Part shown: in pieces, positions 9,115 to 18,647 of the stretch
How the letters are laid out: each line of letters begins with the position of its first letter
How positions within the stretch are numbered: position 1 is the first letter of the stretch
Assembly: GCA_964608675.1 (NCBI GenBank)
Contig: CAZSOZ010000004.1
Coordinates: forward strand, 1 to 64,000
Reading direction: 5' to 3'
DNA from: an uncultured archaeon
Lineage (GTDB): Archaea > Iainarchaeota > Iainarchaeia > Iainarchaeales > 1-14-0-10-31-34
Length of the DNA: 64,000 nt
Translations under genes and position numbers: made by a program
Notes under the pieces: model-generated
What the model saw: the letters and a program-made list of their open reading frames with translations, nothing else
What the model was told of the DNA's origin: nothing
Databases searched by the model: none

Positions 9115-10377
9115 ATGGCTAAATTAACTGCTTTAGGAGGCGCACAAGAAGTCGGAAGAAGTTCTTTTCTGCTTGATGTCGGAGAAAAAATTTTATTGGA
9201 CAGAGGAATAAAATTAGGTTCTGATGAAACCGAGTTTCCTTTGCCGGTTAAAACTAATCTTGATGGTATTGTTATTTCTCATGCGCATTTAGATCATTCA
9301 GGAAATCTTCCTGAATTATACAATAAATCAAATCCTTTTGTTTATATGACTCATCCTACTTTGGATTTAAGCAAGATTTTGTGGCTGGATTCACTTAAGA
9401 TTGCAAAATTTGAAGGCATTGACCCTGAGTTTTCAACTGAAGAAATAAAGAAAGTTATAAATAATACTTTTACTTTGCCTTACAGAAAAAAAGTTTTTTT
9501 GGGGGAAAGCAGTTCAATTGAATTATTTGATGCAGGGCACATTCTTGGTTCGTCTATGGTTAAAGTTGAATCCAAAGAAAAAAGTGTTGTTTATTCAGGA
9601 GACTTTAAAATGCAGGAAACAAGATTGTTTAAGGGAGCTGACAAAAAAATTGGAAACGCTGATGTTTTAATTATTGAATCAACTTACGGAGACAGAAGCC
9701 ATCCTGAAAGAAAAGAATTAGAAAAAGAATTTGTTGAACAAGTTAATGAAACTATTGCAAGAGGAGGTTTTGCTATGGTTCCGGCTTTTGCTGTGGGAAG
9801 AAGCCAGGAATTAATTGACATTCTGCATGAACATAAAGTTGACGCTGAAATTTTTTTTGACGGCATGGGGCAGAAAGCAGCAGAAACAACTTTGTTGTAT
9901 CCTGAATTATTAAAGAATCCAAAGAGTTTAGGGAAAGCTTTGCATTCAGCTCACTGGATTAAAAAAGGAAAAAGAAAGCCTGCAATAGACAAGCCTTCTG
10001 TTATTGTTACTTCTGCCGGAATGCTTGAAGGAGGTCCAATAATCTGGTATTTAAAGAAGCTTCATAAAGACAAGAATTCAAAGATTTTTCTTACAGGCTA
10101 TCAGGTTGAAGACACTAATGGAAGAAAATTAATGGAAAAAGGAGTAGTTGATTTGGATGGAGAAAGAGTTAAAGTTGAAAACCAAGTCCAGTGGTTTGAT
10201 TTTTCTGCTCATGCATCCAAAGAAGAATTAATTGAGTTAACTAAAACAATAAATCCTGAATTGGTTGTATGTGTTCACGGAGACCCTGAAATAATCACTG
10301 GTTTTCAGGGAATGTTAAAAAGAGAAGGATTTAATTCTGTTGCACCAAAATTAGGGCAGGAAATAAAATTTGATTGA
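9115..10377 (+). CDS. Beta-CASP metallo-beta-lactamase ribonuclease (aCPSF2-like)
   Basis: LGGAQEVGRS, HAHLDHSG, AGHILGS, ESTYG, FAVGRSQE, FSAH and VHG. Confidence 0.9.
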   Translation: MAKLTALGGAQEVGRSSFLLDVGEKILLDRGIKLGSDETEFPLPVKTNLDGIVISHAHLDHSGNLPELYNKSNPFVYMTHPTLDLSKILWLDSLKIAKFEGIDPEFSTEEIKKVINNTFTLPYRKKVFLGESSSIELFDAGHILGSSMVKVESKEKSVVYSGDFKMQETRLFKGADKKIGNADVLIIESTYGDRSHPERKELEKEFVEQVNETIARGGFAMVPAFAVGRSQELIDILHEHKVDAEIFFDGMGQKAAETTLLYPELLKNPKSLGKALHSAHWIKKGKRKPAIDKPSVIVTSAGMLEGGPIIWYLKKLHKDKNSKIFLTGYQVEDTNGRKLMEKGVVDLDGERVKVENQVQWFDFSAHASKEELIELTKTINPELVVCVHGDPEIITGFQGMLKREGFNSVAPKLGQEIKFD

Positions 10378-11144
10378 AAATGAATTTTTTCATTGATTCA
10401 TTGAAAAATTCTTTGACTGCATTAAAAGATGAACCAAAACTTTTTTTGCCAAAAATTTTTCTTTCAATTTTGTGGGGAAGCCTTCTTTTATACAACGTTA
10501 ATCTTTTTTTTAGAATTCAGGAATTAACTGTTCTGCCTGAAAACATTTTTTTTGAATTAATTTTATTTTTAATTATTTTTTTTGTGTTTTTTGTTTTGGA
10601 TTCAGTTATTAATTCTGCTTATCCTTTAATGATTGAAAAATACCTTAAAAAACAAAGTTTTTCTGTTTTGAATTCAATTAAATTTGTTTTAATGAATTTT
10701 TTTAAAATAGTTTTTCCTGTAATGCTGGTTTCTGTTGTAATTTTTTTTGTTTTGATTCCGTTTGTTTTAATTTTTTCTTTTTTTTTAATGCAAAAAAATT
10801 TTTTTCTTTTGATTTTTTCAGGTTTAATTGTTTTATTAGTGAGTTTTGTTTTAGTGGTTTTGTTTTATTTTATTTATCCGGTTGCTTCAATTGAAAGAAA
10901 AGGAATTCCTTCAGTTTTTAATTCAATTAAAAAATCCAGAAAAAAATTAAGAGAAGCTTCTTTTGGTTCTTTTATTCTGCTTTTATTAAGTTTTGTTTCT
11001 GCTGTCATTGTTTCTTTAGAGCAGGCTTCTGCAGTTAGTTTTATAGCATTATTTTTCTTTATTTTATTAAGGATTTTAACTGCATTGTTTTCAACTTATG
11101 CAATGGTTTTAAACCCTGTTCTTTATTTCAAAAACGAAAAATGA
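10374..11144 (+). CDS. Multi-pass membrane protein of unknown function
   Basis: About 6 hydrophobic helices; in operon context. Confidence 0.7.
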   Translation: MKMNFFIDSLKNSLTALKDEPKLFLPKIFLSILWGSLLLYNVNLFFRIQELTVLPENIFFELILFLIIFFVFFVLDSVINSAYPLMIEKYLKKQSFSVLNSIKFVLMNFFKIVFPVMLVSVVIFFVLIPFVLIFSFFLMQKNFFLLIFSGLIVLLVSFVLVVLFYFIYPVASIERKGIPSVFNSIKKSRKKLREASFGSFILLLLSFVSAVIVSLEQASAVSFIALFFFILLRILTALFSTYAMVLNPVLYFKNEK

Positions 11145-11150
11145 TTTTTT

Positions 11151-11849
11151 ATGAGTTTTAAGTTTTGTCCTGAATGCGGAAACAGAAAAGGCCCTTTTAT
11201 TAAAGGCTTCTGCAAAGAATGTTTTCTGAAAAAATATAATCCTTTAATTTTTCCTGAAAGAATTGATTTAAGTTATTGTTCAAGATGCAGTAAAATTAAA
11301 ATTCAAAGAAACTGGATTGAATTGAATTCAATTGAATTAATTGACTTCATTAAAAGCAAAATTAAATCAAAGGAAGCAGAAATTCAGGGCATTGAAGTTG
11401 AATTAGAAAAAGTAAACGAAAAAAACTTTAATGCTTTTCTTAAAGTTAAAACTTTAATTGATTCAATTCCTCTGCTTTTGCATAGCGTAATAAAATTAAG
11501 GCTTGTTTCAGGAATATGCGATGCATGCATGAAAATTTCTTCTGATTATTTTGAAGCAACAATCCAGTTAAGGTTTTCCAGGGATTTTAAAGAAAAAAAA
11601 AGGGTTTTGGATAAATTTCAGGAATTAATTAATGAAATGAATAAATCTGATGCTTTGGCAAGAATTGTTAAAATAAATAAATTAAAGAACGGTGTTGATT
11701 TAGTTTTAAGTTCTAATCGTGCAGCAAAAGTTTCTTCTGAAAGAATTGCAAAAAAATACAATAAAAAAATAACGCGTTCTTTTTCTGTTGTCGGCACAGA
11801 CAAAACAGGAAAAGAAAAAAGAAGATACACTTACTGCATTAGGTTTTAA
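11151..11849 (+). CDS. NMD3-family ribosome export/biogenesis protein
   Basis: Four CxxC pairs followed by YFEATIQLR. Confidence 0.85.
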   Translation: MSFKFCPECGNRKGPFIKGFCKECFLKKYNPLIFPERIDLSYCSRCSKIKIQRNWIELNSIELIDFIKSKIKSKEAEIQGIEVELEKVNEKNFNAFLKVKTLIDSIPLLLHSVIKLRLVSGICDACMKISSDYFEATIQLRFSRDFKEKKRVLDKFQELINEMNKSDALARIVKINKLKNGVDLVLSSNRAAKVSSERIAKKYNKKITRSFSVVGTDKTGKEKRRYTYCIRF

Positions 11850-12550
11850 ACTTCGAATTCTTTTAAGGTATTTATTATTTCTTCAATAGATTTGTTTGAT
11901 GTAATTAAAGGAATTTTTTCGCTTTCTGCAATTTTTATTGCCAGAGGGTCAACTTTCTTTTTTATTCCGTGCAATACAATTATTGAAGGCTTCATGTCAG
12001 TTGAAAACCTTCCTATTTTTACTGCAATCATCGGGCTTCTTCCGTTTTCTACTGACTGAAAAATTAAAGCTCTTTCAGGGGTTTTTCCGTACAACTGCAT
12101 GTATTCATGAACAGGAATATCTAATATGACTTTAAGTGAATCAATTATAGTGTAGCCGTAAATGCTGGTTTCTTTTAGTCTGCTTGGATTAGCCATAATT
12201 TTTCCGTTTATTTTTTTTAGGAAATCTGTACCGCTTAAAGCTGAATAAAATTCACGGACTCCAAAAATTTCTTTTGCCGGCTTAAAGTCTTTTTCTAATT
12301 GCCTTTTTATTTTTCCTCCTCTTTTTTCGTCAATTAAAATCAGTGAAGTTACAAGTCTTTTAACTATTCCTATTCCTGGACTTTGTCTTCTTCCTCCCTC
12401 GTAATCAGAAATTGTAGAAGAACTTACTTTTAAGTGGTCAGCTAATTCTGTTTGAGAAACTCCAAAGATTTCTCTCCATTTTTTCATTGCTCCGCCGGGA
12501 TCTTTGCTTAAACAGATTTCTCCTGCCATAATAGATGAAAGTTTGTCCAT
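11846..12550 (-). CDS. Conserved archaeal XRE-HTH transcriptional regulator with C-terminal DRTGG-like domain
   Basis: MAGEI.LS.DPG.AMKKWREIF.VSQTELA..L.VSSSTISDYEGGRRQSPG; GRSPMIAVK. Confidence 0.85.
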   Translation of the reverse strand: MDKLSSIMAGEICLSKDPGGAMKKWREIFGVSQTELADHLKVSSSTISDYEGGRRQSPGIGIVKRLVTSLILIDEKRGGKIKRQLEKDFKPAKEIFGVREFYSALSGTDFLKKINGKIMANPSRLKETSIYGYTIIDSLKVILDIPVHEYMQLYGKTPERALIFQSVENGRSPMIAVKIGRFSTDMKPSIIVLHGIKKKVDPLAIKIAESEKIPLITSNKSIEEIINTLKEFEV

Positions 12551-12725
12551 AGCAAGAATTAACAAAAAAACAGTTAAAAAACCTTTTCGTCGATTGCCAT
12601 TTAAAAATACTGTTTTTTTCAGTTTTTGTCGAAGTAGGTTTTTTTAAATTTATAATTTATTGCGTGCAATAGGTTGGCCCTTTTTCGTGCTTAAACGGCG
12701 AAACAGCAGGACCGAAGGTCGTGTG

Positions 12726-12752
12726 TTTTGATTAAACTTTTCTTAAAAGTTT
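12726..12752. repeat. Palindromic intergenic repeat, copy 1 (TTTTGATYAAACTTTT-n-AAAAGTTT family)
   Basis: TTTTGATTAAACTTTTCTTAAAAGTTT; related copies at 26914, 48490 and 48520. Confidence 0.7.
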
Positions 12753-12799
12753 ACGGGTCTACCGCCTGTAAAATGTTTTCGTTTAATTTAATTATTCTT

Positions 12800-13042
12800 C
12801 TATTTGTCCTGAATATTTGTTGGATTCTCTTGTTTTATTTTATCAGGGCGATAAACAACAAAGTAGTATAAGGCTATTCCCAGTATTCCTGCAAAAAACC
12901 ATGTTGCGACCCAAATTAGTTTCATCCTAAGAGGCCTTTTGATTTTTGCCAAATGTTTTCTCATTATAATCCAAGGAATCACCCATAACAAAAGGTAAAT
13001 CAGTATGATTGTTGTCCATCCTAGAGATTCAATTAAACCCGT
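12800..13042 (-). CDS. Small two-TM membrane protein (PLDc N-terminal-like); start codon appears to be ACG or mutated
   Basis: Frame stays open back to ACG at 13042, which follows GGTAATTAA (same context as the starts at 53774 and 62623); LIWVATWFFAGILGIALYYF. Confidence 0.55.
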   Translation of the reverse strand, partial: TGLIESLGWTTIILIYLLLWVIPWIIMRKHLAKIKRPLRMKLIWVATWFFAGILGIALYYFVVYRPDKIKQENPTNIQDK

Positions 13043-13077
13043 TTAATTACCAAGAATATTTAAACTTATTGCAGCTC

Positions 13078-13097
13078 TATCGAGCGTAGCGAAGATA
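13078..13097. repeat. GNA-triloop mini-hairpin repeat TATCGAGCGTAGCGAAGATA
   Basis: 19/20 identical to 13224-13243 inside the tRNA intron. Confidence 0.75.
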
Positions 13098-13126
13098 GTG
13101 CGCTCCCTTCTGAGGAGAAGCTCGGA

Positions 13127-13313
13127 CGGGCCTACCGGGAGTCGAACCCGGGTCCACAGCTATCATCCAACTGCCACTAATTTTATTTTTTTTTTAGAGT
13201 AAAATTTTCTAACAAAAATGCTTTATCGAGCGAAGCGAAGATAATGTTCTGGCGTCAACCGACAGTGGCGGTTGTTTAGGAGGCTGTCATCCTATCCACT
13301 AGACTATAGGCCC
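13127..13313 (-). tRNA. tRNA-Arg(CCT) with 115-nt intron at 37/38 (exons 13277-13313 and 13127-13161)
   Basis: Acceptor GGGCCTA/TAGGCCC, D arm GTCT/GGAT, anticodon stem ACAGC/GCTGT with loop CT-CCT-A|A, T arm CCGGG-TTCGACT-CCCGG; intron ends are complementary. Confidence 0.9.
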
Positions 13314-13353
13314 GAAAAAATTGTTAAAAGAAAAAACTTTTAATTGAAAGCTT

Positions 13354-14655
13354 TTAGAGTTCCCTTAAATAGCCCCATGAATGAAGTTTGTCTGAATCTT
13401 CATACCATCTGTTGCCTATGTCTGTTCTGTAATACATGTTTGGAATCATAATGTTTTTTACTCTTGAATAAAGCTGGTTTTGTGCCTGTTTCATTGTTGG
13501 GCCGGTTCCGCATACAATTAATACTACTCCTGTTTTTCCTGTTATAACCCATTCTCCGTTAACTAGTTTAACGTCTTCAATATGTATTCCTTCTGTGGGT
13601 TTTTTGAAGAAAACAATTGAGTCTTTTGATTTAACGTTGAATGTTTCGTCGTCATCAAAAGGAAAAGGAGGAACCACAATTCTTATTCCTATTTGAAAAC
13701 CGCTTTTTGTTTTTAGTTTTGTTTTTTCTCCTTTTGCTAAATCATAAAAAAAGTTTCCTATGGAAGTTATCATTCCTTCCTGTTGAATGCTTATTGTTGG
13801 ATAACCAAACCTTGAAGTGAATTCTAGTGGATAAATTCCGTTGTTGTTTACAATGCAATTAATGTCTATGTATCCTATGTAGTTTTCTTCTGCAAGTTTT
13901 GCTTCAAGTTTTTTTAGAGTGTTGTTGAATATTTTGTTTGGCCCGCTCCAGAACATTGAAGTTCCCATTTCGCCTGTGCTTGGCCCCAAGTTGCCGGGAA
14001 AAAGTTTTTTGTTTTCAAAGTTAACGTTTATTGGATAAATGAATTCTTTTCCGTTAAAGAATGCTCCTACTGCTATTTCTACTCCTGAAACTTTTTTTTG
14101 AAGCTGGAACACTGGAATTTTTTTTGCCCATGCTTTGTTGTAGTCTTCTAAAACTTGTATTACATCTTTTCCGTCGTCTTCTTCTCCTACAAAAAGCAGG
14201 CTTTTAATGTTTTGTGCTTGACCGCTGGGTTTTATTACATATTTTCTTGGGTTTTCTTTAACGTAGTTTATTGCGTTTTCAAATGAAGTGAAGTCTTTGT
14301 ATGGAATTATTGGTATTCCGTATTTTTTTAGTTCTTCTTGTCCGAATGTTCTGTTGTCTTCTAATTCGTCTGTGTAGGGTGTTCCGCCTATTACGAGTTT
14401 TCCTTCTTCTCTTAATTTTTTTGCTTTTTTTCCTTGTCCTAAAACATCATCAAATACTATTAAGTCTGCCCAGTCAATTTCTTTTTCCCAGTTGTCTGTT
14501 TTTGGAACGAATCCGTCTGCTACTTCTTTGTCGTCAGGGTTTTCAATGTAATATTTTGCTTGATGGCCTTCTTTTATTGTCTGCCATGCAATGTCTCCGA
14601 TTAATCCATCCAAGGAAACAAATAAAATTTTTTTTGGTTCTTTTGTTGTATTCAT
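13354..14655 (-). CDS. Divergent phosphoribosylamine-glycine ligase (PurD-like ATP-grasp enzyme)
   Basis: ELEDNRTFGQ, YVIKPSG, ENKKLFPGNLGPSTGEMG, LEFTSRFGYP and YYRTDIG; lacks the canonical N-terminal GSGGREH motif. Confidence 0.75.
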   Translation of the reverse strand: MNTTKEPKKILFVSLDGLIGDIAWQTIKEGHQAKYYIENPDDKEVADGFVPKTDNWEKEIDWADLIVFDDVLGQGKKAKKLREEGKLVIGGTPYTDELEDNRTFGQEELKKYGIPIIPYKDFTSFENAINYVKENPRKYVIKPSGQAQNIKSLLFVGEEDDGKDVIQVLEDYNKAWAKKIPVFQLQKKVSGVEIAVGAFFNGKEFIYPINVNFENKKLFPGNLGPSTGEMGTSMFWSGPNKIFNNTLKKLEAKLAEENYIGYIDINCIVNNNGIYPLEFTSRFGYPTISIQQEGMITSIGNFFYDLAKGEKTKLKTKSGFQIGIRIVVPPFPFDDDETFNVKSKDSIVFFKKPTEGIHIEDVKLVNGEWVITGKTGVVLIVCGTGPTMKQAQNQLYSRVKNIMIPNMYYRTDIGNRWYEDSDKLHSWGYLREL

Positions 14656-14681
14656 AATTATTTTTTTTTGAATATTGTTTT

Positions 14682-15251
14682 TTAAATTAAAAGCATTAAA
14701 GTTAATCCTGTTATAACAGGAATAGTGTAATTGTCTTCTATTGGAAGGTATTCTGCTGACATTCCAAGTACTGCTGCAGTTAAAGCAGTTGAAATAGGAA
14801 ACAAAATTAACAAATAAACAAAGGAAACAAGAATTCCTGTAATGCTTCCTTCTAAAGTTTTATTGTGAATTTTTGTTTTTCCTATTAGTTTTCCAAAAAC
14901 AGTTGAAAAACTGTCTCCGAACACTAAGGGAATTACTGCGCCAATTAAAATTAATATGTTGTTGTAAAACAGAATTCCTGCTAAAAGTGTTCCTCCAAAA
15001 AAAGTTAATGCTCCTTTTCCAGGAATTTGTTTTTCGGTTTTTCTTCCTGCATAATTCAATAAAATGTTTATTTGTTTGTTTATTATTGGAATACTTTTTT
15101 TTTGTTTTATTTTAAGTGAAATAAAATATCCTGCAAAAAGAATCAGCATGTTTGCAATCAAAAAATTTTGGCTTCCAAGAATTCCTATCAGCAGAATTAT
15201 AATGCATCCAAAAAAATAATGAAAAAACTGTCTTCTGAATTCTTTTTTCAT
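14682..15251 (-). CDS. Dolichol/phytol kinase-like membrane protein (CTP-dependent polyprenol kinase family)
   Basis: EFRRQFFH, FGDSFSTVFGK.IG, KTLEGS and EDNYTIP. Confidence 0.8.
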   Translation of the reverse strand: MKKEFRRQFFHYFFGCIIILLIGILGSQNFLIANMLILFAGYFISLKIKQKKSIPIINKQINILLNYAGRKTEKQIPGKGALTFFGGTLLAGILFYNNILILIGAVIPLVFGDSFSTVFGKLIGKTKIHNKTLEGSITGILVSFVYLLILFPISTALTAAVLGMSAEYLPIEDNYTIPVITGLTLMLLI

Positions 15252-18169
15252 TTTTTTGTTCCCTGCAAAATTATTATAACTGAAATTAAAATTAAAATTA
15301 TTCCAATAAAATTTGTTTCCGGCAGGTTTTCCAGTTTGTTTTCTGCCGGCAGAACCCAAAAATGGTCTTCTAATACATCGTTTATTGGTTGTTTGTCTTT
15401 TATTGGCCCGCTTCCGCTGACTAAATAAGCTGTTGCTACAACTCTGTATGGATTGTTTTCCAGTATTTCTGTAATGGATGTATCAAAGTCAACTGAAAAT
15501 TCTTGTTGTTTGTTGGATTTAGTTATTTTTGTTTCAGAAAAAATTTCTGCAATAAAGTTTCCTTCTTCGTCGAATACTTCAAATCCAACTTGAGTGTTTA
15601 AATCAACTTTGTATTTGTCTAAGTATTCGCTTGGAGTCATTTTGTTTGTTATTACTGCTCTGAATTCAACTAGATTGTTTTTTGGAACTTTAGGAGGAAT
15701 TACTTCAAATGAATCCATTCTAAGTGAATCAGGTCTTATAACATAAATGTATGTATCGCCTCTTATTAATACATTTAAAGAATCAGGATAATATTTTTTG
15801 TCTATTATTGTTGCCATGTTAATGGGTTTTTTTCCTGTTTTACTGCATTTAATTATTGCACTTGATGTTACGTCTTCGTTAACTGGATTAGTGGGATTGA
15901 ATTCAGAGTCCGTTAATCTGCATCCTTGTTGTTCTGGATATTGACAGTCTTCTTCTATTGGACCGCATTCACTTGAATAAACAATCCATTTAATTTCCTG
16001 AATGTCTGCTATGGCTGGTTCATTGTCAACTGCTTTTCCTGAAATAGTTGAATTTTCATCAATTATTGCATAATATGGAGCATTCAAGTCTGCTCTGAAA
16101 TCCAATACATATACATCAACTTTGTCTGCATGAAGTTTGCTTGTTTGAGGATCTGTTCCATAATAAATTAATGTTCTGTGTCCTGGTGTATCACATACTA
16201 AATCGTTTTTTGCAGTTATTTTTTGGTAGTCTTTAGTAATGCTTTCAGTAGTTTGAGAGTTTGGCATGATACAGCTTGTATCAAAATAGTTTTTGGTTGG
16301 ACGGTTCATTAAAACATCAAGAATGCATTGAAATAATCCTTCATTGTTTAATCCGTCTTTGCATACTACCCATGCTTTTTCGTGCCCGCCTGATCCAAAA
16401 GCAAAATAATGGTTTGTATCTGTTTCATAATTCCTTAACCCAAAAGCTTGTGCAAAAATTTGTACTCCGAACATTCCCATGTAGGCAGGTCCTTTTAAGT
16501 CAATGCCCGGCGGACCCTGATCTTCAATAAAACTATCAGGAGACTGGACTTCAAAAGAATTAATATCCAGAATGTTTGAATTTATTTCTGTTGAATTATT
16601 TCCTGCATCAGTTATTGTAATATTAAAATCTCTTGAACCTAATTTATTGCATTTTATGTCTGCATAAAAATGCATTTGGTTTACGTCTTCAAAATTCAAA
16701 GGAGTGTAATTTGGTTCATTATATCTTACTTTTAGTCTGGGTCTTTTGTCTGCTGAAGAATTGCATGAAGCAATATCAGTGTATTTGTTCTGCCAATCTG
16801 CTTCAAGAATCCAGCCGGAATATTTTATGGGGTTTTCATTTAATTGAAGCTGAAGGGAATTCGTTACATTCAAGGTTTTTTGAACACTGCTTAAATAATA
16901 ATTTGATATTCCTGAAACCAGATTAGAAGAATCTTCAGGAGTACTTTTTTTGTCTGCACAAGTTGAATTCCCGCAGTCTCCATTATAAGTATTAAATGTT
17001 CCTGAATCGTCTCCTGTTAGTCCGGTTCCTGCATTCTTCCAAAAGTTTCCTGACATCCAGTTATTCCAGTTTGCTTCATTGGCTTTCCAGTCATATTTCC
17101 ATAAATGGTATGCAAACAAATCGTTATGTGAGTCAGTTGGAGATGAATCAGTAAATGAATTAATATATAAATCGAGTTCAGCTAAATCAATTAGTGCATC
17201 AACAGGAATTCCTAAATCTTTGAATCTAATTAATCCTTTTTTATAATAGCCTTCTCCTCCGGAAAAATAAGCGTCAACTTCCATTAAAACTGAAGAACCA
17301 TAATTTGCAGTTGGATTAGCTTTAGAAATAAACGTGTCTTCGCATCCTGAATAAAATCCTGTTTCATTTTTGAATACTTTTGTTTTTAACGGTAATTCAA
17401 ATTTTTTATGATGGGAAGAATAAATTGTTGTAATTAAATCATCTGAAATCAGGTTTTTTGATAAATCAGTTATTCCTGCACTAATTATTTCGCAGTCGTC
17501 TGCTACTTTTACTTCAAATGATCTTGCATAATAATCTTCTTCCCATAATGTTTCATTTGTATCCCAGACTTTAATGAAATGGTTTGTGTCTTGTCCTGCT
17601 ATTGCCCAAAAATAATTAAAGTCATACAAAGGAGGAATTTCTGTTCCTGAAAGAACAGTAAAAGTTAAGTTTTTTCTTTTAGAATCTTCTTCATCAAAAG
17701 CGTAAGGAGAATCTTTAAGGCAGTAATCGCCTCTTGCTTCAACTGCATATTCTCCTGGAGCAGGGCAATTTAATGTCATTTCTGTTTTAAGTTGTCCAAT
17801 ACATGTACCAAAACCTTCAGTGTATGTGTTTTCTGCTGAATATTCTTTCAGAGTGCATCCTGCTGGAGGCTTAAACATGTTGGCATCCTGTCTGTTTCCT
17901 CCGTTTTCGCAGACATTTTCTGAAATATTATATGTCTGCCATAATACTCCTGGTTTATATCCTCCTAAAATGCAGTAGTCTTCGTCAGGGAATTCATCTA
18001 AGCTGGTGAAAGAGTATTCCATGTATAAAGTAAAATCTTGTCCTGCAATAATTGGCTGGCTGAAATCAAAATTGTATTCTTCTGGAGGCGCCCAGTTTTC
18101 TGCAAGAAAACCAGCATTAACTAAATTAAAGAAAAGAAATAAACACAAAACAAAAATTATTTTTTTCAT
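15248..18169 (-). CDS. Large Cys-rich cell-surface protein with DNRLRE-like domain and C-terminal membrane anchor
   Basis: Signal peptide; EDTFISKANPTANYGS..L.V..KGLIRF..L.IP..A.I..AEL.LY...RPRLKV pattern; C-terminus LPETN plus TM plus KK. Confidence 0.7.
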   Translation of the reverse strand: MKKIIFVLCLFLFFNLVNAGFLAENWAPPEEYNFDFSQPIIAGQDFTLYMEYSFTSLDEFPDEDYCILGGYKPGVLWQTYNISENVCENGGNRQDANMFKPPAGCTLKEYSAENTYTEGFGTCIGQLKTEMTLNCPAPGEYAVEARGDYCLKDSPYAFDEEDSKRKNLTFTVLSGTEIPPLYDFNYFWAIAGQDTNHFIKVWDTNETLWEEDYYARSFEVKVADDCEIISAGITDLSKNLISDDLITTIYSSHHKKFELPLKTKVFKNETGFYSGCEDTFISKANPTANYGSSVLMEVDAYFSGGEGYYKKGLIRFKDLGIPVDALIDLAELDLYINSFTDSSPTDSHNDLFAYHLWKYDWKANEANWNNWMSGNFWKNAGTGLTGDDSGTFNTYNGDCGNSTCADKKSTPEDSSNLVSGISNYYLSSVQKTLNVTNSLQLQLNENPIKYSGWILEADWQNKYTDIASCNSSADKRPRLKVRYNEPNYTPLNFEDVNQMHFYADIKCNKLGSRDFNITITDAGNNSTEINSNILDINSFEVQSPDSFIEDQGPPGIDLKGPAYMGMFGVQIFAQAFGLRNYETDTNHYFAFGSGGHEKAWVVCKDGLNNEGLFQCILDVLMNRPTKNYFDTSCIMPNSQTTESITKDYQKITAKNDLVCDTPGHRTLIYYGTDPQTSKLHADKVDVYVLDFRADLNAPYYAIIDENSTISGKAVDNEPAIADIQEIKWIVYSSECGPIEEDCQYPEQQGCRLTDSEFNPTNPVNEDVTSSAIIKCSKTGKKPINMATIIDKKYYPDSLNVLIRGDTYIYVIRPDSLRMDSFEVIPPKVPKNNLVEFRAVITNKMTPSEYLDKYKVDLNTQVGFEVFDEEGNFIAEIFSETKITKSNKQQEFSVDFDTSITEILENNPYRVVATAYLVSGSGPIKDKQPINDVLEDHFWVLPAENKLENLPETNFIGIILILISVIIILQGTKK

Positions 18170-18234
18170 TATATTGCCTTTTTTTGCAGGAAAATATAAG
18201 TGTAAGGTTTTAATTATATTTATCGTTTTTGGTT

Positions 18235-18528
18235 TCAGGCTTTTCTGCCGAATAAAAAAGAATTAGCTGATTCAAAAGGTTCAATCAAGCAGTATTTGAA
18301 TGCTTTTTTTTGAATTAGTTTTTTTTGAATTAAACAGTCAAGAATTTCTTTTATTTCTTTTTCAGGCATTTCAAGAAGTTCAGTTAATTCATCCAAATAA
18401 AGTTCTTCAAATTTAAGGATTGCAGAAAAAACTTTTGTATGGGTTTCAGAATAAAATTTTTTTTGTTGCTTTGCTTTAATGCAGGCTAATTCAACCATGT
18501 TCAATTTTCTCGCCTTTTGAAAAGACAA
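18235..18528 (-). CDS. Small winged-helix (TrmB-like) protein; start uncertain
   Basis: KVFSAILKF..LYLDELTELLEM...IKEILDCLIQKKLI followed by a beta wing. Confidence 0.5.
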   Translation of the reverse strand: MSFQKARKLNMVELACIKAKQQKKFYSETHTKVFSAILKFEELYLDELTELLEMPEKEIKEILDCLIQKKLIQKKAFKYCLIEPFESANSFLFGRKA

Positions 18529-18647
18529 TCCGGTTTCTTGGAAACCGAACTGCCTTTAGGCCTTCCATTGCCTGCAAAAATCTTTTTTTTAAGAATTAAA
18601 ATAAATGAGGTTTAAAACAAATCAACTTAAAGGTTTATTTTTTTGAA

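Noticed and set aside
13100-13126. Hammerhead ribozyme (CTGAGGA core-like sequence)
   Set aside because: No stem II followed by GAAA and no compatible stems I or III found
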